Shown: in pieces, positions 7,119 through 14,705 of the stretch | Layout: the number at the start of each line of letters is the position of its first letter | Position numbering within the stretch: the stretch's first letter is position 1 | Source of the DNA: a virus | Reading direction: 5' to 3' (one strand) | DNA length: 38,192 nt | IMG/VR virus record: IMGVR_UViG_3300045988_043685 | Notes under the pieces: generated by a model | Seen by the model: only the letters and a program-made list of their open reading frames with translations | The model's database searches: none | What the model was told of the DNA's origin: nothing | Program-made: the position numbers and the translations under genes

Positions 7119-7154
7119 CCCTCTGTGCGACCAACACAGAGGGTTTAATAATTT
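7119..7154 (+). terminator. Strong hairpin plus T-rich tail (terminator-like) in the int-immunity spacer
   Basis: CCCTCTGTG-cgaccaa-CACAGAGGG followed by TTTAATAATTT. Confidence 0.5.
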
Positions 7155-7167
7155 GTAAGAAATCCAC

Positions 7168-7183
7168 CAGAACAAATGTTCTG
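7168..7183. promoter_or_regulatory. LexA (Cheo/DinR-type) SOS box 1
   Basis: CAGAACAAATGTTCTG matches GAAC-N4-GTTC. It ends 7 nt upstream of the -35 at 7191. Confidence 0.7.
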
Positions 7184-7190
7184 AAAAGGG

Positions 7191-7219
7191 TTGATTTTTA
7201 GTCCTAATAGTAATATAAT
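7191..7219 (+). promoter_or_regulatory. Sigma-A promoter bracketed by the two SOS boxes
   Basis: TTGATT-(17 nt)-TATAAT on the + strand. Confidence 0.7.
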
Positions 7220-7234
7220 TTTTATAGAACAAAA

Positions 7235-7250
7235 CAGAACATACGTTCTG
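7235..7250. promoter_or_regulatory. LexA (Cheo/DinR-type) SOS box 2
   Basis: CAGAACATACGTTCTG matches GAAC-N4-GTTC. It starts 16 nt downstream of the -10. Confidence 0.7.
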
Positions 7251-7475
7251 ATCTGCTATCCCACATAATGTGTCATACTTCCTTTCCCGGTGTTGATGCA
7301 TGGCATTTTCAGAATATTGTGCTTTTTGAACAAAAATAATGGTAAAAAATGGAAAATACCAGAATTTGCCAATAGCTATTGTACTATAAAATATACAAAA
7401 TAAACAATTTTGTGTTATAATATATGTATAGCACATACAATTTACAGGTATTCTCGGAAAGGGAGGTACATATTT

Positions 7476-7634
7476 ATGACAACTGATGATATAAAAATCC
7501 TAACTATTCAACGTATAGAGGCAAGCGATGATATGGAATATATACTTGCTGTCTATACTTTTGCTAATTCCTATCCAGATAAAAGCAGGTCGGATAAAAT
7601 TAAATGTCCTCAGAACGCTGCTTTAAATTGTTAA
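7476..7634 (+). CDS. Small 52-aa protein downstream of the SOS promoter (candidate antirepressor)
   Basis: ATG 7476 behind GGGAGG; the tracker start at 7410 is rejected. An extended -10 TGTTATAAT lies at 7413..7421. The 3' end overlaps the convergent repressor gene by 35 nt. Confidence 0.55.
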   Translation: MTTDDIKILTIQRIEASDDMEYILAVYTFANSYPDKSRSDKIKCPQNAALNC

Positions 7635-7986
7635 GAAAATCAAGCCCCCATTCTATTAAAACTTTACGGTTAGCAGGGTCCAGTTTTCTATATGTATCAA
7701 CAAATGCTTCGAAAACTGGATCCTTCTCGCCTAATAATACAGCGGCCTTAGCTATAAGGTCGTTTTTTGGTGGGGCTGTAAACATATCACCTTCTCCAGT
7801 GCGGAGCCATTCTTCGTTGACGTTAAATGTTTTACACATATTATTAATTACTGAACTCGATGGATTCCGTCTTCCGGTTTCATAATTTGTAAGAACATTA
7901 GCTGTTGTTCCTATTTTTTCTGCAAATGTCTGTTGAGTTAAATCTAAATCTTTTCTAATTTTTTTAATTCTATCTTTCATTTCCAT
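7600..7986 (-). CDS. CI-like XRE-family repressor without an S24 peptidase domain
   Basis: Start MEMKDRIKKIRK at 7986 behind AAAGGTGGTGA. It has LTQQTFAEKIGTTANVLTNYETG (HTH). It is 128 aa, and the C-terminus has no Ser/Lys protease motifs. Confidence 0.8.
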   Translation of the reverse strand: MEMKDRIKKIRKDLDLTQQTFAEKIGTTANVLTNYETGRRNPSSSVINNMCKTFNVNEEWLRTGEGDMFTAPPKNDLIAKAAVLLGEKDPVFEAFVDTYRKLDPANRKVLIEWGLDFLNNLKQRSEDI

Positions 7987-8013
7987 CTTATTATCACCAC
8001 CTTTTATGTTATA

Positions 8014-8042
8014 AGTATAAACCATAAATACGTCATTGTCAA
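8014..8042 (-). promoter_or_regulatory. Repressor (maintenance-type) promoter
   Basis: The minus strand reads TTGACA-(17 nt)-TATACT. Confidence 0.65.
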
Positions 8043-8112
8043 GAAAATACGTCAATGACGAAAAAATATATTGACAAATCCGTCAAAGAAGAGTATGATA
8101 ACGTCATAGACG
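8031..8112. promoter_or_regulatory. Operator cluster of the genetic switch (CGTC-N3-GACG family)
   Basis: CGTCATTGTCA (8031..8041), CGTCAATGACG (8050..8060), CGTCAAAGAAG (8081..8091) and CGTCATAGACG (8102..8112). They overlap the -35, spacer and +1 regions of the divergent promoters. Confidence 0.6.
8071..8099 (+). promoter_or_regulatory. Early rightward promoter
   Basis: TTGACA-(17 nt)-TATGAT. Confidence 0.7.
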
Positions 8113-8133
8113 ATAGAAAGCGAGGTGAAAGAC

Positions 8134-8310
8134 ATGGCAGACTTAAAAAACATTCCAGTGGAAGACAAAGAATTACAGACTATAGCAGAAATCTATAAGA
8201 GTCTTCAGGATACTAATCGGAACTTATGGCTTATGAATGGAAACATATTGCTTGCTAGCCAGAATGCTCATAAGAAGAATCGCTGTAGCAGCAGAAAAAC
8301 AGACAGATAA
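8134..8310 (+). CDS. First early protein (cro position), 58 aa
   Basis: ATG 8134, 6 nt after GAGGTG. No clear HTH seen. Confidence 0.55.
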   Translation: MADLKNIPVEDKELQTIAEIYKSLQDTNRNLWLMNGNILLASQNAHKKNRCSSRKTDR

Positions 8311-8344
8311 GTGCACGTTGACAATTTAATCGGAGGTGAGAGAG

Positions 8345-8515
8345 ATGTGGAAAATATTTATTTGGCTTTTGAACTGTAAGAAACACGATTACGTGAAAGC
8401 GGTTAAGCATCAAGGTATGACTTACGTTGTTAAAATTGAAAAATATGAATCTACAGATATGCTTATTAGAAAAATGAAAGAAGCCCTGGAGGCTGAAGCA
8501 TCCAAGGCTTCTTAA
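8345..8515 (+). CDS. Hypothetical 56-aa early protein
   Basis: ATG behind GGAGGTG (MWKIFIWLLNCKKHDY...). Below the tracker cut-off. Confidence 0.55.
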   Translation: MWKIFIWLLNCKKHDYVKAVKHQGMTYVVKIEKYESTDMLIRKMKEALEAEASKAS

Positions 8516-8516
8516 A

Positions 8517-8726
8517 TTAGATTCTGTAATTGTCGAGACCAGATAGCTCAGGATATGCATCACGGAATTTGTCGGCAATAGAATTGTAGAGCTGAATATC
8601 CTGATCCAGATTTTCTTTTGAGATTGGACAATCTGGCATAGCTTTTAGTGCTTCAAGTTTGTGGGCCTCTTTACGAAAATGTCCGTAAATGAAAAGAGCA
8701 TCTGTATTAGATAAATTGACTTCCAT
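8517..8726 (-). CDS. Hypothetical 69-aa protein on the opposite strand within the early region
   Basis: ATG behind AAAGGAG. A minus-strand TTGTAT-(17 nt)-TATAAT lies upstream. Confidence 0.6.
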   Translation of the reverse strand: MEVNLSNTDALFIYGHFRKEAHKLEALKAMPDCPISKENLDQDIQLYNSIADKFRDAYPELSGLDNYRI

Positions 8727-8823
8727 AGAAATCTCCTTTCTTTAGTATTTCAGCATGGCAGTGCTGATATTTACATTATAGAGGGAGAAGGAAAATTATA
8801 CAAGATGTAAGGAGGTGATAACC

Positions 8824-9171
8824 GTGGGAATCGAAGACCGTCTTAACCGACTGGAGGAAGAAAATGCAGCGTTGAAAGACCGCGTTGCGTACCTGGAAGC
8901 CGTAGGGCTGGATGAGTTTCTTCCCCCGAAAGCCATAGCGATTAAAATGCATTGCTCGAAGTCAACCGTACTCAACTATATTAAGAGTGGCAGGATACAG
9001 GCCACGCGGAAGTTAGGGGACTGGAGGATACCGACGAGCCAGTTTTACAAAGAGGATTCAGAAGCCGAGAGAACAGGCGCGGAATCTGAATCGATGATCC
9101 GGCCGCAAAAGAAAAGAGGGCCTGAGAAAGAAGTAACCATGAAGGATATTGTTTTTGGTGGGAAGGGGTGA
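8824..9171 (+). CDS. Excisionase-family (HTH_17/MerR-like) DNA-binding protein with an N-terminal coiled coil
   Basis: GTG 8824, 8 nt after AAGGAGG. PPKAIAIKMHCSKSTVLNYIKSGRIQATRKLGDWRIPTSQF matches the excisionase-type HTH pattern. Confidence 0.65.
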   Translation: MGIEDRLNRLEEENAALKDRVAYLEAVGLDEFLPPKAIAIKMHCSKSTVLNYIKSGRIQATRKLGDWRIPTSQFYKEDSEAERTGAESESMIRPQKKRGPEKEVTMKDIVFGGKG

Positions 9172-9176
9172 TACCG

Positions 9177-9332
9177 ATGCGGAACTATTTTGCAGGCTTC
9201 AGCGCCCGCTACTGGAACCGCATGTTCCACGAAGCGTATGAGGGCCGGAGAAGTTACCGGACAGCGGCGCAGGCCGAGGCCGTGGTGATCGCGGCACTGG
9301 TAGCTATTATATTATGTCTAGTAAGAGGGTGA
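9177..9332 (+). CDS. Hypothetical 51-aa protein with a C-terminal hydrophobic helix
   Basis: ATG after GGAAGGGG. It ends ..VVIAALVAIILCLVRG. Stop overlaps the next ATG (TGATG). Confidence 0.4.
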   Translation: MRNYFAGFSARYWNRMFHEAYEGRRSYRTAAQAEAVVIAALVAIILCLVRG

Positions 9333-9496
9333 TGGTATTGAGCAAGCGTAAGAATGGTACATACAGAGCGGCAGCGGCCGGAGGTTGGAATCCGCATGGC
9401 TGGGGAAACGGCAGGGGAAGAAAAAGGCCGCGTGAGTATCGTGGTGTAAATGAAAAGAGCCCGGCAGGTGCGAACTGCCATGGCTCAGATAACTAA
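9332..9496 (+). CDS. Hypothetical 54-aa Gly/Arg-rich protein
   Basis: In-frame ATG coupled to the upstream stop. Composition is unusual, so confidence is low. Confidence 0.35.
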   Translation: MVLSKRKNGTYRAAAAGGWNPHGWGNGRGRKRPREYRGVNEKSPAGANCHGSDN

Positions 9497-9544
9497 AAAA
9501 ATATTCATACCCTTATTATAAGGGATCGATCGGAGGAAATCAAG

Positions 9545-9727
9545 ATGGGAAATGAAACAATTATGATTTCTGTACCTCTGGAAAGTTTTTCCGCTGGCGT
9601 GGAAGCACTTACCAAAATCAAAATAATGGAAAGAAGCGTGCTAGAAAGTAAGTATGGTCCTTCTAAAAAGGAGATAGCAGCAATTCTTGGATTTGAGCTT
9701 TCTCCAGAGGGCACGGAGGGAACATAA
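9545..9727 (+). CDS. Hypothetical 60-aa protein
   Basis: ATG behind GGAGGAAATCAAG. Confidence 0.6.
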   Translation: MGNETIMISVPLESFSAGVEALTKIKIMERSVLESKYGPSKKEIAAILGFELSPEGTEGT

Positions 9728-9898
9728 ATGTATGTAGGAATCTGTATGGAAACAGGCAAGGTGGTGTCTGATGAAGATGCTCTTCGATATGCCATAGAGC
9801 GTATAACAAGTGGACAACCAGAAGAACAGCAAGAATTTATTGAATGGTACTATTCTGGAAATTGGGTAAAGGAGGATATCACGGATGACAATTCTTGA
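9728..9898 (+). CDS. Hypothetical 56-aa protein
   Basis: ATG directly after the upstream TAA (MYVGICMETGKVVSDEDALRYAIERI...). Overlaps the erf start by 14 nt. Confidence 0.5.
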   Translation: MYVGICMETGKVVSDEDALRYAIERITSGQPEEQQEFIEWYYSGNWVKEDITDDNS

Positions 9899-10460
9899 AA
9901 AGTTATCAAAGATTCAATCGGAAATAAAAGTTCCAAAGACCCTACACAACAGTTTCGGAGGATATAACTACAGAAGCGCGGAGGGTATACAAGAAGCGTT
10001 TAAACCATATGCCACAAAATACGGTGTTGCCCTGATCCCCACGCAAGAATTGGTAATGATCGGAAACAGATATTATGTTCAGTCTACAGCTACTTTATAT
10101 GATATTGAAACTGGAGAATTTGTAAAGGCTACGGCCCATGCAAGAGAGGCTGAAAATAAAAAAGGAATGGACGAAAGCCAGATAACCGGAACTGCTTCCT
10201 CTTATGCAAAAAAATATGCATTATCGGCACTATTGCTTCTCGACGATTCCAAAGATGCAGATACAGACGAATACGTTCAGGAACAAAGCGACGAGGAGGC
10301 CACTACTGCGCAAAAGAAAACAATAGAATCCATTTGCAAGAAACACAAAATCGACGTTGAACAATTATGCCGAATTAATAGCTTGGAATGGAAAACATTG
10401 ACGGATGTAAGCGCTGGTAAGTTACTCAATAGCTTAAAAATGAAATTTGGAGATGAATAG
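9885..10460 (+). CDS. erf: ERF-family single-strand annealing recombinase
   Basis: It has ..NSFGGYNYRSAEGI.. and ..QITGTASSYAKKYALSALLLL.. motifs typical of the ERF superfamily. SD AAAGGAGG. Confidence 0.8.
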   Translation: MTILEKLSKIQSEIKVPKTLHNSFGGYNYRSAEGIQEAFKPYATKYGVALIPTQELVMIGNRYYVQSTATLYDIETGEFVKATAHAREAENKKGMDESQITGTASSYAKKYALSALLLLDDSKDADTDEYVQEQSDEEATTAQKKTIESICKKHKIDVEQLCRINSLEWKTLTDVSAGKLLNSLKMKFGDE

Positions 10461-10471
10461 AGGCGAGTGTA

Positions 10472-11098
10472 ATGTACGAATTTGCACATATAACAGCGTA
10501 CAAGCCAGTGGAAGAAGGGACTTATTTACAGGTATTCATTCCCGGTAAGAATCTCATGGAGCCACTGGAAGAGAAGCATATGCGCACCTGTAACGTCTGG
10601 CTTGATGATGGGCGGAGCATAAGCGCAGAGCAGAGGAAGAAAGCATACGCAACGATTAACGACATTGCGGGCTTTACCGGAGAGATGCCGGAAGTCATGA
10701 AAGAATGGCTTAAATACCTGCACATATACCGTACCGGCTGTGAGTACTTTTCGCTTTCTTCTTGCTCCATGGATACAGCCCGGGAATATATCAACACAAT
10801 ACTGGATTATGCGCTGGAAGCTGGTGTTCCGTTACTGGATTTTGCGCTTAACCGTACTGATGATATAGACCATTACCTGTATGCGTGTCTAAAACTTAAA
10901 AAATGTGCTATATGTGGCCGGCCGGGAGAGATTCATCATGTTGATGCTATTGGGATGGGAAATGACCGAAGAACGCTTGATGATTCGGATCACCGAAAGA
11001 TATGCCTGTGCCGTGTGCATCATACAGAGGCCCATACAACGGGTTTTGATACCTTTTCGAACAGGTATAAGGTATACGGTATAAAGTACGAGGAATAA
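10472..11098 (+). CDS. Recombination-module protein with a C-terminal HNH-like zinc motif
   Basis: CAICGRPGEIHHV...KICLCRVHHTEAH (a CxxC..HH..CxC..HH..H pattern). Confidence 0.55.
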   Translation: MYEFAHITAYKPVEEGTYLQVFIPGKNLMEPLEEKHMRTCNVWLDDGRSISAEQRKKAYATINDIAGFTGEMPEVMKEWLKYLHIYRTGCEYFSLSSCSMDTAREYINTILDYALEAGVPLLDFALNRTDDIDHYLYACLKLKKCAICGRPGEIHHVDAIGMGNDRRTLDDSDHRKICLCRVHHTEAHTTGFDTFSNRYKVYGIKYEE

Positions 11099-11227
11099 GC
11101 CTTGTCGGCTCTGAAACGAGCCTTTAGATAGGGGGCAAGAATTAATGTGTCACGAACATAATAATTGCCATGGTATTACCTCCGCTGCCTTTCGTCCGGC
11201 GGCGGAGGATCAAAGGAGGAATAACAA

Positions 11228-11707
11228 TTGAGTTATATAGATTTGAGCGGTATGCATTTCGGTTTTCTGGTGGCCCAGGAATACGCGGGCCGCGGATACT
11301 GGAAATGCAAGTGCCTTAATTGTGGTACTGAGAAGCTGATTAAGGGAGACCACTTGCGACTGGGCGTTATCAAATCATGCGGCTGCCTGAAGGCGGATCA
11401 GGAAACGCGGGGAATGCGCGGCACGAACAGTTATATCATCCGTACCCACAAGGGCGAGGAAATCAACGTAGACGCTGAGGACATTGACAGACTGGCAAAG
11501 CATTCGTGGTCCATAGGGATTGACGGATACCCGCAGGCCAGAGTTAACGGGAAGATGGTGCGAATGCATGAGTTGCTGGTGGGACAGTACCGCGGTGATG
11601 GGCTTGTAATCGACCATATTAACCACAACAGGGCGGACAACCGGAGAAGCAACCTACGTATCGTTACACCGGCGCAGAATGCCAGGAAAGCACGAATGGA
11701 GGCGTAG
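11228..11707 (+). CDS. HNH homing-type endonuclease
   Basis: TTG start 8 nt after AAAGGAGG. It has DHINHNRADNRRSNLRIVTPAQN (HNH_3-type motif) and N-terminal CxC..C and CGC zinc ligands. Confidence 0.8.
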   Translation: MSYIDLSGMHFGFLVAQEYAGRGYWKCKCLNCGTEKLIKGDHLRLGVIKSCGCLKADQETRGMRGTNSYIIRTHKGEEINVDAEDIDRLAKHSWSIGIDGYPQARVNGKMVRMHELLVGQYRGDGLVIDHINHNRADNRRSNLRIVTPAQNARKARMEA

Positions 11708-11709
11708 AG

Positions 11710-12507
11710 ATGGCAAATAAGAGAATGTTTTCTAAAGCAATTATTGACAGCGACTTATTTCTTGATATGCCGAAGTCAGCTCAGGCGCTATATTTCCATC
11801 TCGGAATGAGGGCTGATGACGATGGCTTTCTTGATAATGCAAAAAAGATCATGCGAAGCATTGGAGCCAGTGAGGACGATTATAGAATTCTCGTTGCAAA
11901 AAATTACATCATCCAGATGGAAAAAGGTATCTGCGTAATCACGCATTGGTGGGTACACAACTACATACAGAGGGACCGCTACAAGGAGACAATCCACCTC
12001 GATGAGAAGGCACTTTTAACCCAGACTGAGACCGGCGTATACGCTTTGGATACAGAATGTGTACAGCCTGTATCCGCTTCGGCTTCTCAGATTAGATTAG
12101 ATAAGATTAGTATAGATAAGATTAATAATAATATACCGGCTTCCGCTGACGCTCCACCCTCACCTGACGAAAAGGTGAAACACAAATACGGTGAATACAA
12201 ACACATTATGTTAACCGATGAAGAGAAGGGAAAATTACAGGCCACATACGGCGAGGGAATGACAGAAAAAGCAATCACCTTCCTCGATGAATATATCGAG
12301 ATGAAAGGCTATAAGGCAAAGAGTCATTATCTGGTGATCCGCAAGTGGGTAATAGATGCCGTGAAGGAAGCAGAGCGGAAGAGCAAGGGACAGACAGGAA
12401 AGAAGAATACAAACCAGTTCCAACAGTTTCCGCAGCGGGAAGTTGACTACGACGCTTTGGTGATGCAGGGATTACAGGACATGGGAGGAGATAGACATGG
12501 GACGTAA
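11710..12507 (+). CDS. Replisome organiser (phage_rep_org_N / DnaD-like)
   Basis: The N-terminus KRMFSKAIIDSDLFLDMPKSAQALYFHLGMRADDDGF is typical of replisome-organiser proteins. Confidence 0.75.
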   Translation: MANKRMFSKAIIDSDLFLDMPKSAQALYFHLGMRADDDGFLDNAKKIMRSIGASEDDYRILVAKNYIIQMEKGICVITHWWVHNYIQRDRYKETIHLDEKALLTQTETGVYALDTECVQPVSASASQIRLDKISIDKINNNIPASADAPPSPDEKVKHKYGEYKHIMLTDEEKGKLQATYGEGMTEKAITFLDEYIEMKGYKAKSHYLVIRKWVIDAVKEAERKSKGQTGKKNTNQFQQFPQREVDYDALVMQGLQDMGGDRHGT

Positions 12508-13273
12508 GAGCTTTGATTATTTTATAGACCGCGGTTATCTGGACAGTCAGCTTACGGAGTTGAAGGCTGACATAATCGCACACATTGATAACAGGCTTAA
12601 TGAGTTGCTGGCACAGAAGACACCGCCAACGGCTTCCTCGGCTAAGAAGAAAATGGAGCCATCCGGGAAGGGAGAGCCGGACCCGTGCATGATTTGGAAA
12701 ATGGAGATGCGGAAACGGTGCGAGAAGTTGTGTAAGGATTTCCCAAAATATAATCCGAACCTCACATCGGTACTGGGGAAGATATACCGCAAGATGGATT
12801 CTCAGTATGGCGTATGTCTGGCCCAGGAATTCAAAGAATATCGCGGAGGCACAGAAGGAAGAGTGACGATGCTTGAAGTAGTATCGTCGAAGGAAATGCT
12901 TAGAAGCCTTTTTGAACCGATTCTTTTCAACATGGAAGAAGAGTGTAGGATCCGGGAAGAAAAGGAGCAGGCAGCCGCAGCGGTCATGCTGGCACGAACC
13001 AGACAGGAGATCATTCAGCCTCTTATTGAGGCGCGCAACGACCACAGCATATATGGGAGCGCTACATATTCGGCTGTAGGTGCCAGAATGCGGAAGAAGG
13101 GAATTGATTTTGAAGCTGCCGAAGATGCATACCGCGAAAAAACGGGAATTAAGCGGAAGATCAAAAACAATGAACTGATTGACAACAATGTCGAACTGAA
13201 AAAGAAGTTCGCGGAGACCGTAGCGGAGATGCTTCACGAGACAAAAAAGGTGAGCCATGAAAGAGCGTCATGA
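12497..13273 (+). CDS. Hypothetical replication-module protein (258 aa)
   Basis: ATG behind GGAGGAG. Overlaps the neighbouring genes. No motif recognised. Confidence 0.65.
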   Translation: MGRKSFDYFIDRGYLDSQLTELKADIIAHIDNRLNELLAQKTPPTASSAKKKMEPSGKGEPDPCMIWKMEMRKRCEKLCKDFPKYNPNLTSVLGKIYRKMDSQYGVCLAQEFKEYRGGTEGRVTMLEVVSSKEMLRSLFEPILFNMEEECRIREEKEQAAAAVMLARTRQEIIQPLIEARNDHSIYGSATYSAVGARMRKKGIDFEAAEDAYREKTGIKRKIKNNELIDNNVELKKKFAETVAEMLHETKKVSHERAS

Positions 13274-13496
13274 GCAGATCAGGGACTACATTGTCCAGTA
13301 CACCATATCCCACGGCTGGCCGCCTTCGGTGCGGGAGATCGGGGAAGGTGTAGGGCTGGAGAGCACGAGCAGCGTGCAATTGCATCTTAAGCAGATGGCA
13401 GACGCCGGGATCATTAAGATGGTGCCAGGGCAGCCGAGGTGTATCACGGTGCCGGGGGTGATGATCGAATGGAAAGGGGATCAGGAAAATGTATAG
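13257..13496 (+). CDS. Stand-alone LexA N-terminal DNA-binding domain protein (no S24 peptidase domain)
   Basis: GWPPSVREIGEGVGLESTSSVQLHLKQMADAGIIKMVPGQPRCI aligns by eye with the LexA winged-helix GYPPSVREIGEAVGL.S.S.V..HL..L..KG.I. The ORF stops after 79 aa. Confidence 0.8.
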   Translation: MKERHEQIRDYIVQYTISHGWPPSVREIGEGVGLESTSSVQLHLKQMADAGIIKMVPGQPRCITVPGVMIEWKGDQENV

Positions 13497-13552
13497 TACT
13501 ACACCACAGAGAAAGACACATGAAAAATTGATCTTTTGGAGGTAAAGAATCA

Positions 13553-13720
13553 ATGGTAAAAGTAATTAAGTACGGTCAGAAGCGCAGGATAACATGTAAT
13601 CATTGTGGGGCATTGTTGGAGTACGAGAGAGACGATCCGAAAACTGTCCAAACCGGCATGAATGAGTATGAGCAGCGGATTGAGTGCCCGGCCTGCCACG
13701 AGATCGTGGCGGTAGATTAA
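13553..13720 (+). CDS. 55-aa zinc-ribbon protein
   Basis: ATG behind GGAGGTAAAG. It has CNHC...CPAC. Confidence 0.55.
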   Translation: MVKVIKYGQKRRITCNHCGALLEYERDDPKTVQTGMNEYEQRIECPACHEIVAVD

Positions 13721-13740
13721 TATTTCTGGAAGGAGAATAT

Positions 13741-13995
13741 ATGAAAATAGATTGGAAATGGCTAATGATGCAGATTAGAGAAGCGGAAGAAGTCCCGGGA
13801 ATCGTGGCAATTCCGCTGGCCGAATTTGACACAGATGATCTCATAAGACTAGCGGGAGCCGCAAGGGAGAGAGGAGTCGGAATAACCATATGGCAGGAAC
13901 ATTCAAATTTTTCTCAAGACGCACTTGTGGAATTACAACGATATAGAGATCGGTATTGCGATCCGACAAAGCCGCAAATTACTTACAGAAATTAA
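13741..13995 (+). CDS. Hypothetical 84-aa protein
   Basis: ATG 13741 behind GGAAGGAG; the tracker start at 13684 is rejected. Confidence 0.6.
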   Translation: MKIDWKWLMMQIREAEEVPGIVAIPLAEFDTDDLIRLAGAARERGVGITIWQEHSNFSQDALVELQRYRDRYCDPTKPQITYRN

Positions 13996-14036
13996 TATTT
14001 ACCGAACTAAGACTTGACAAATAAGGAGGTTTTGTC

Positions 14037-14447
14037 ATGGCAGATTTAAAGAGCGTGGCCGGACTGTTTGGTATGACTGTTTCGGAGCTGGAGCAGTTTA
14101 CCGGATATAGCCGCCAGGAGTTGCACCGGGTGATGGATAATGGAAAGGCCGTAGGCACTGCCAGAATGTCAAGCGTGATCCGTAAGTTGGATGCGGCAAG
14201 CTACGATATCTATTCCGCTGTAGTTTCCCAAGCCGAGGCCGAGAAGAAGGCCAGAGAGAAGCTACTTAAATCATTGTCTAATACTTGTGGTCTGTGTTAC
14301 CAGACGGGGCCATGCCTGTACATAAGGCAAAACGGCCATCCGGGGTGGGAAGGCAGCAAGTGCCGCGGGTTCTGTGAAACGAAGGGAGAGGAACCGGCGG
14401 AGAAGTGCAAGGAATGTGAACAGTGGTGTTATTATGAGGAATGTTAA
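14037..14447 (+). CDS. Hypothetical protein with an N-terminal HTH-like segment and a Cys-rich C-terminus
   Basis: SD AAGGAGG. It has MTVSELEQFTGYSRQELHRVM, and the C-terminus has 10 Cys. Confidence 0.6.
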   Translation: MADLKSVAGLFGMTVSELEQFTGYSRQELHRVMDNGKAVGTARMSSVIRKLDAASYDIYSAVVSQAEAEKKAREKLLKSLSNTCGLCYQTGPCLYIRQNGHPGWEGSKCRGFCETKGEEPAEKCKECEQWCYYEEC

Positions 14448-14462
14448 AGGCTGGAGGAAAAT

Positions 14463-14612
14463 ATGACAATCAAAGAATTAATAGAGCAACTGGAAGAATT
14501 CGACGAAGATACAGATATTGTAGTTTCCTGGGACGGGTTCACGGTCGATCCAATAGACCGTATAGAAGAGACCGAGGATTACAGAGCCGTTATACGTCTT
14601 ATGGAATATTAG
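14463..14612 (+). CDS. Hypothetical acidic 49-aa protein
   Basis: ATG behind GGAGGAAAAT. Confidence 0.5.
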   Translation: MTIKELIEQLEEFDEDTDIVVSWDGFTVDPIDRIEETEDYRAVIRLMEY

Positions 14613-14623
14613 TATTTAACGGT

Positions 14624-14705
14624 GGTGGCACAAGTAAGGTGCACAAGAAAGTGTCAGCAAAAGACAAGTGTCAGCACGTTAGTCGGTTCAATTCCGAATG
14701 CCACC
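14624..14705 (+). ncRNA. tRNA-like element with a perfect acceptor stem and T-arm but no recognisable D-arm
   Basis: GGTGGCA (14624..14630) pairs with TGCCACC (14699..14705). It has the T-arm TCGG-TTCAATT-CCGA and an internal direct repeat AAGTGTCAGCA x2 (14649..14659 and 14666..14676). It lies in a gap between SD-led genes. Confidence 0.4.

Noticed and set aside
7110-7436. 108-aa minus-strand ORF in the int-immunity spacer
   Set aside because: It lies in AT-rich sequence with no SD at any internal Met. It overlaps the SOS boxes and promoters, which explain the region better.
12275-13258. 327-aa minus-strand ORF, the longest 'extra' ORF in the track
   Set aside because: It lies entirely antisense to two SD-led + strand genes. 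The product is Leu/Arg/Ser/Cys/His-rich and low-complexity, with no SD. This is a typical shadow ORF.
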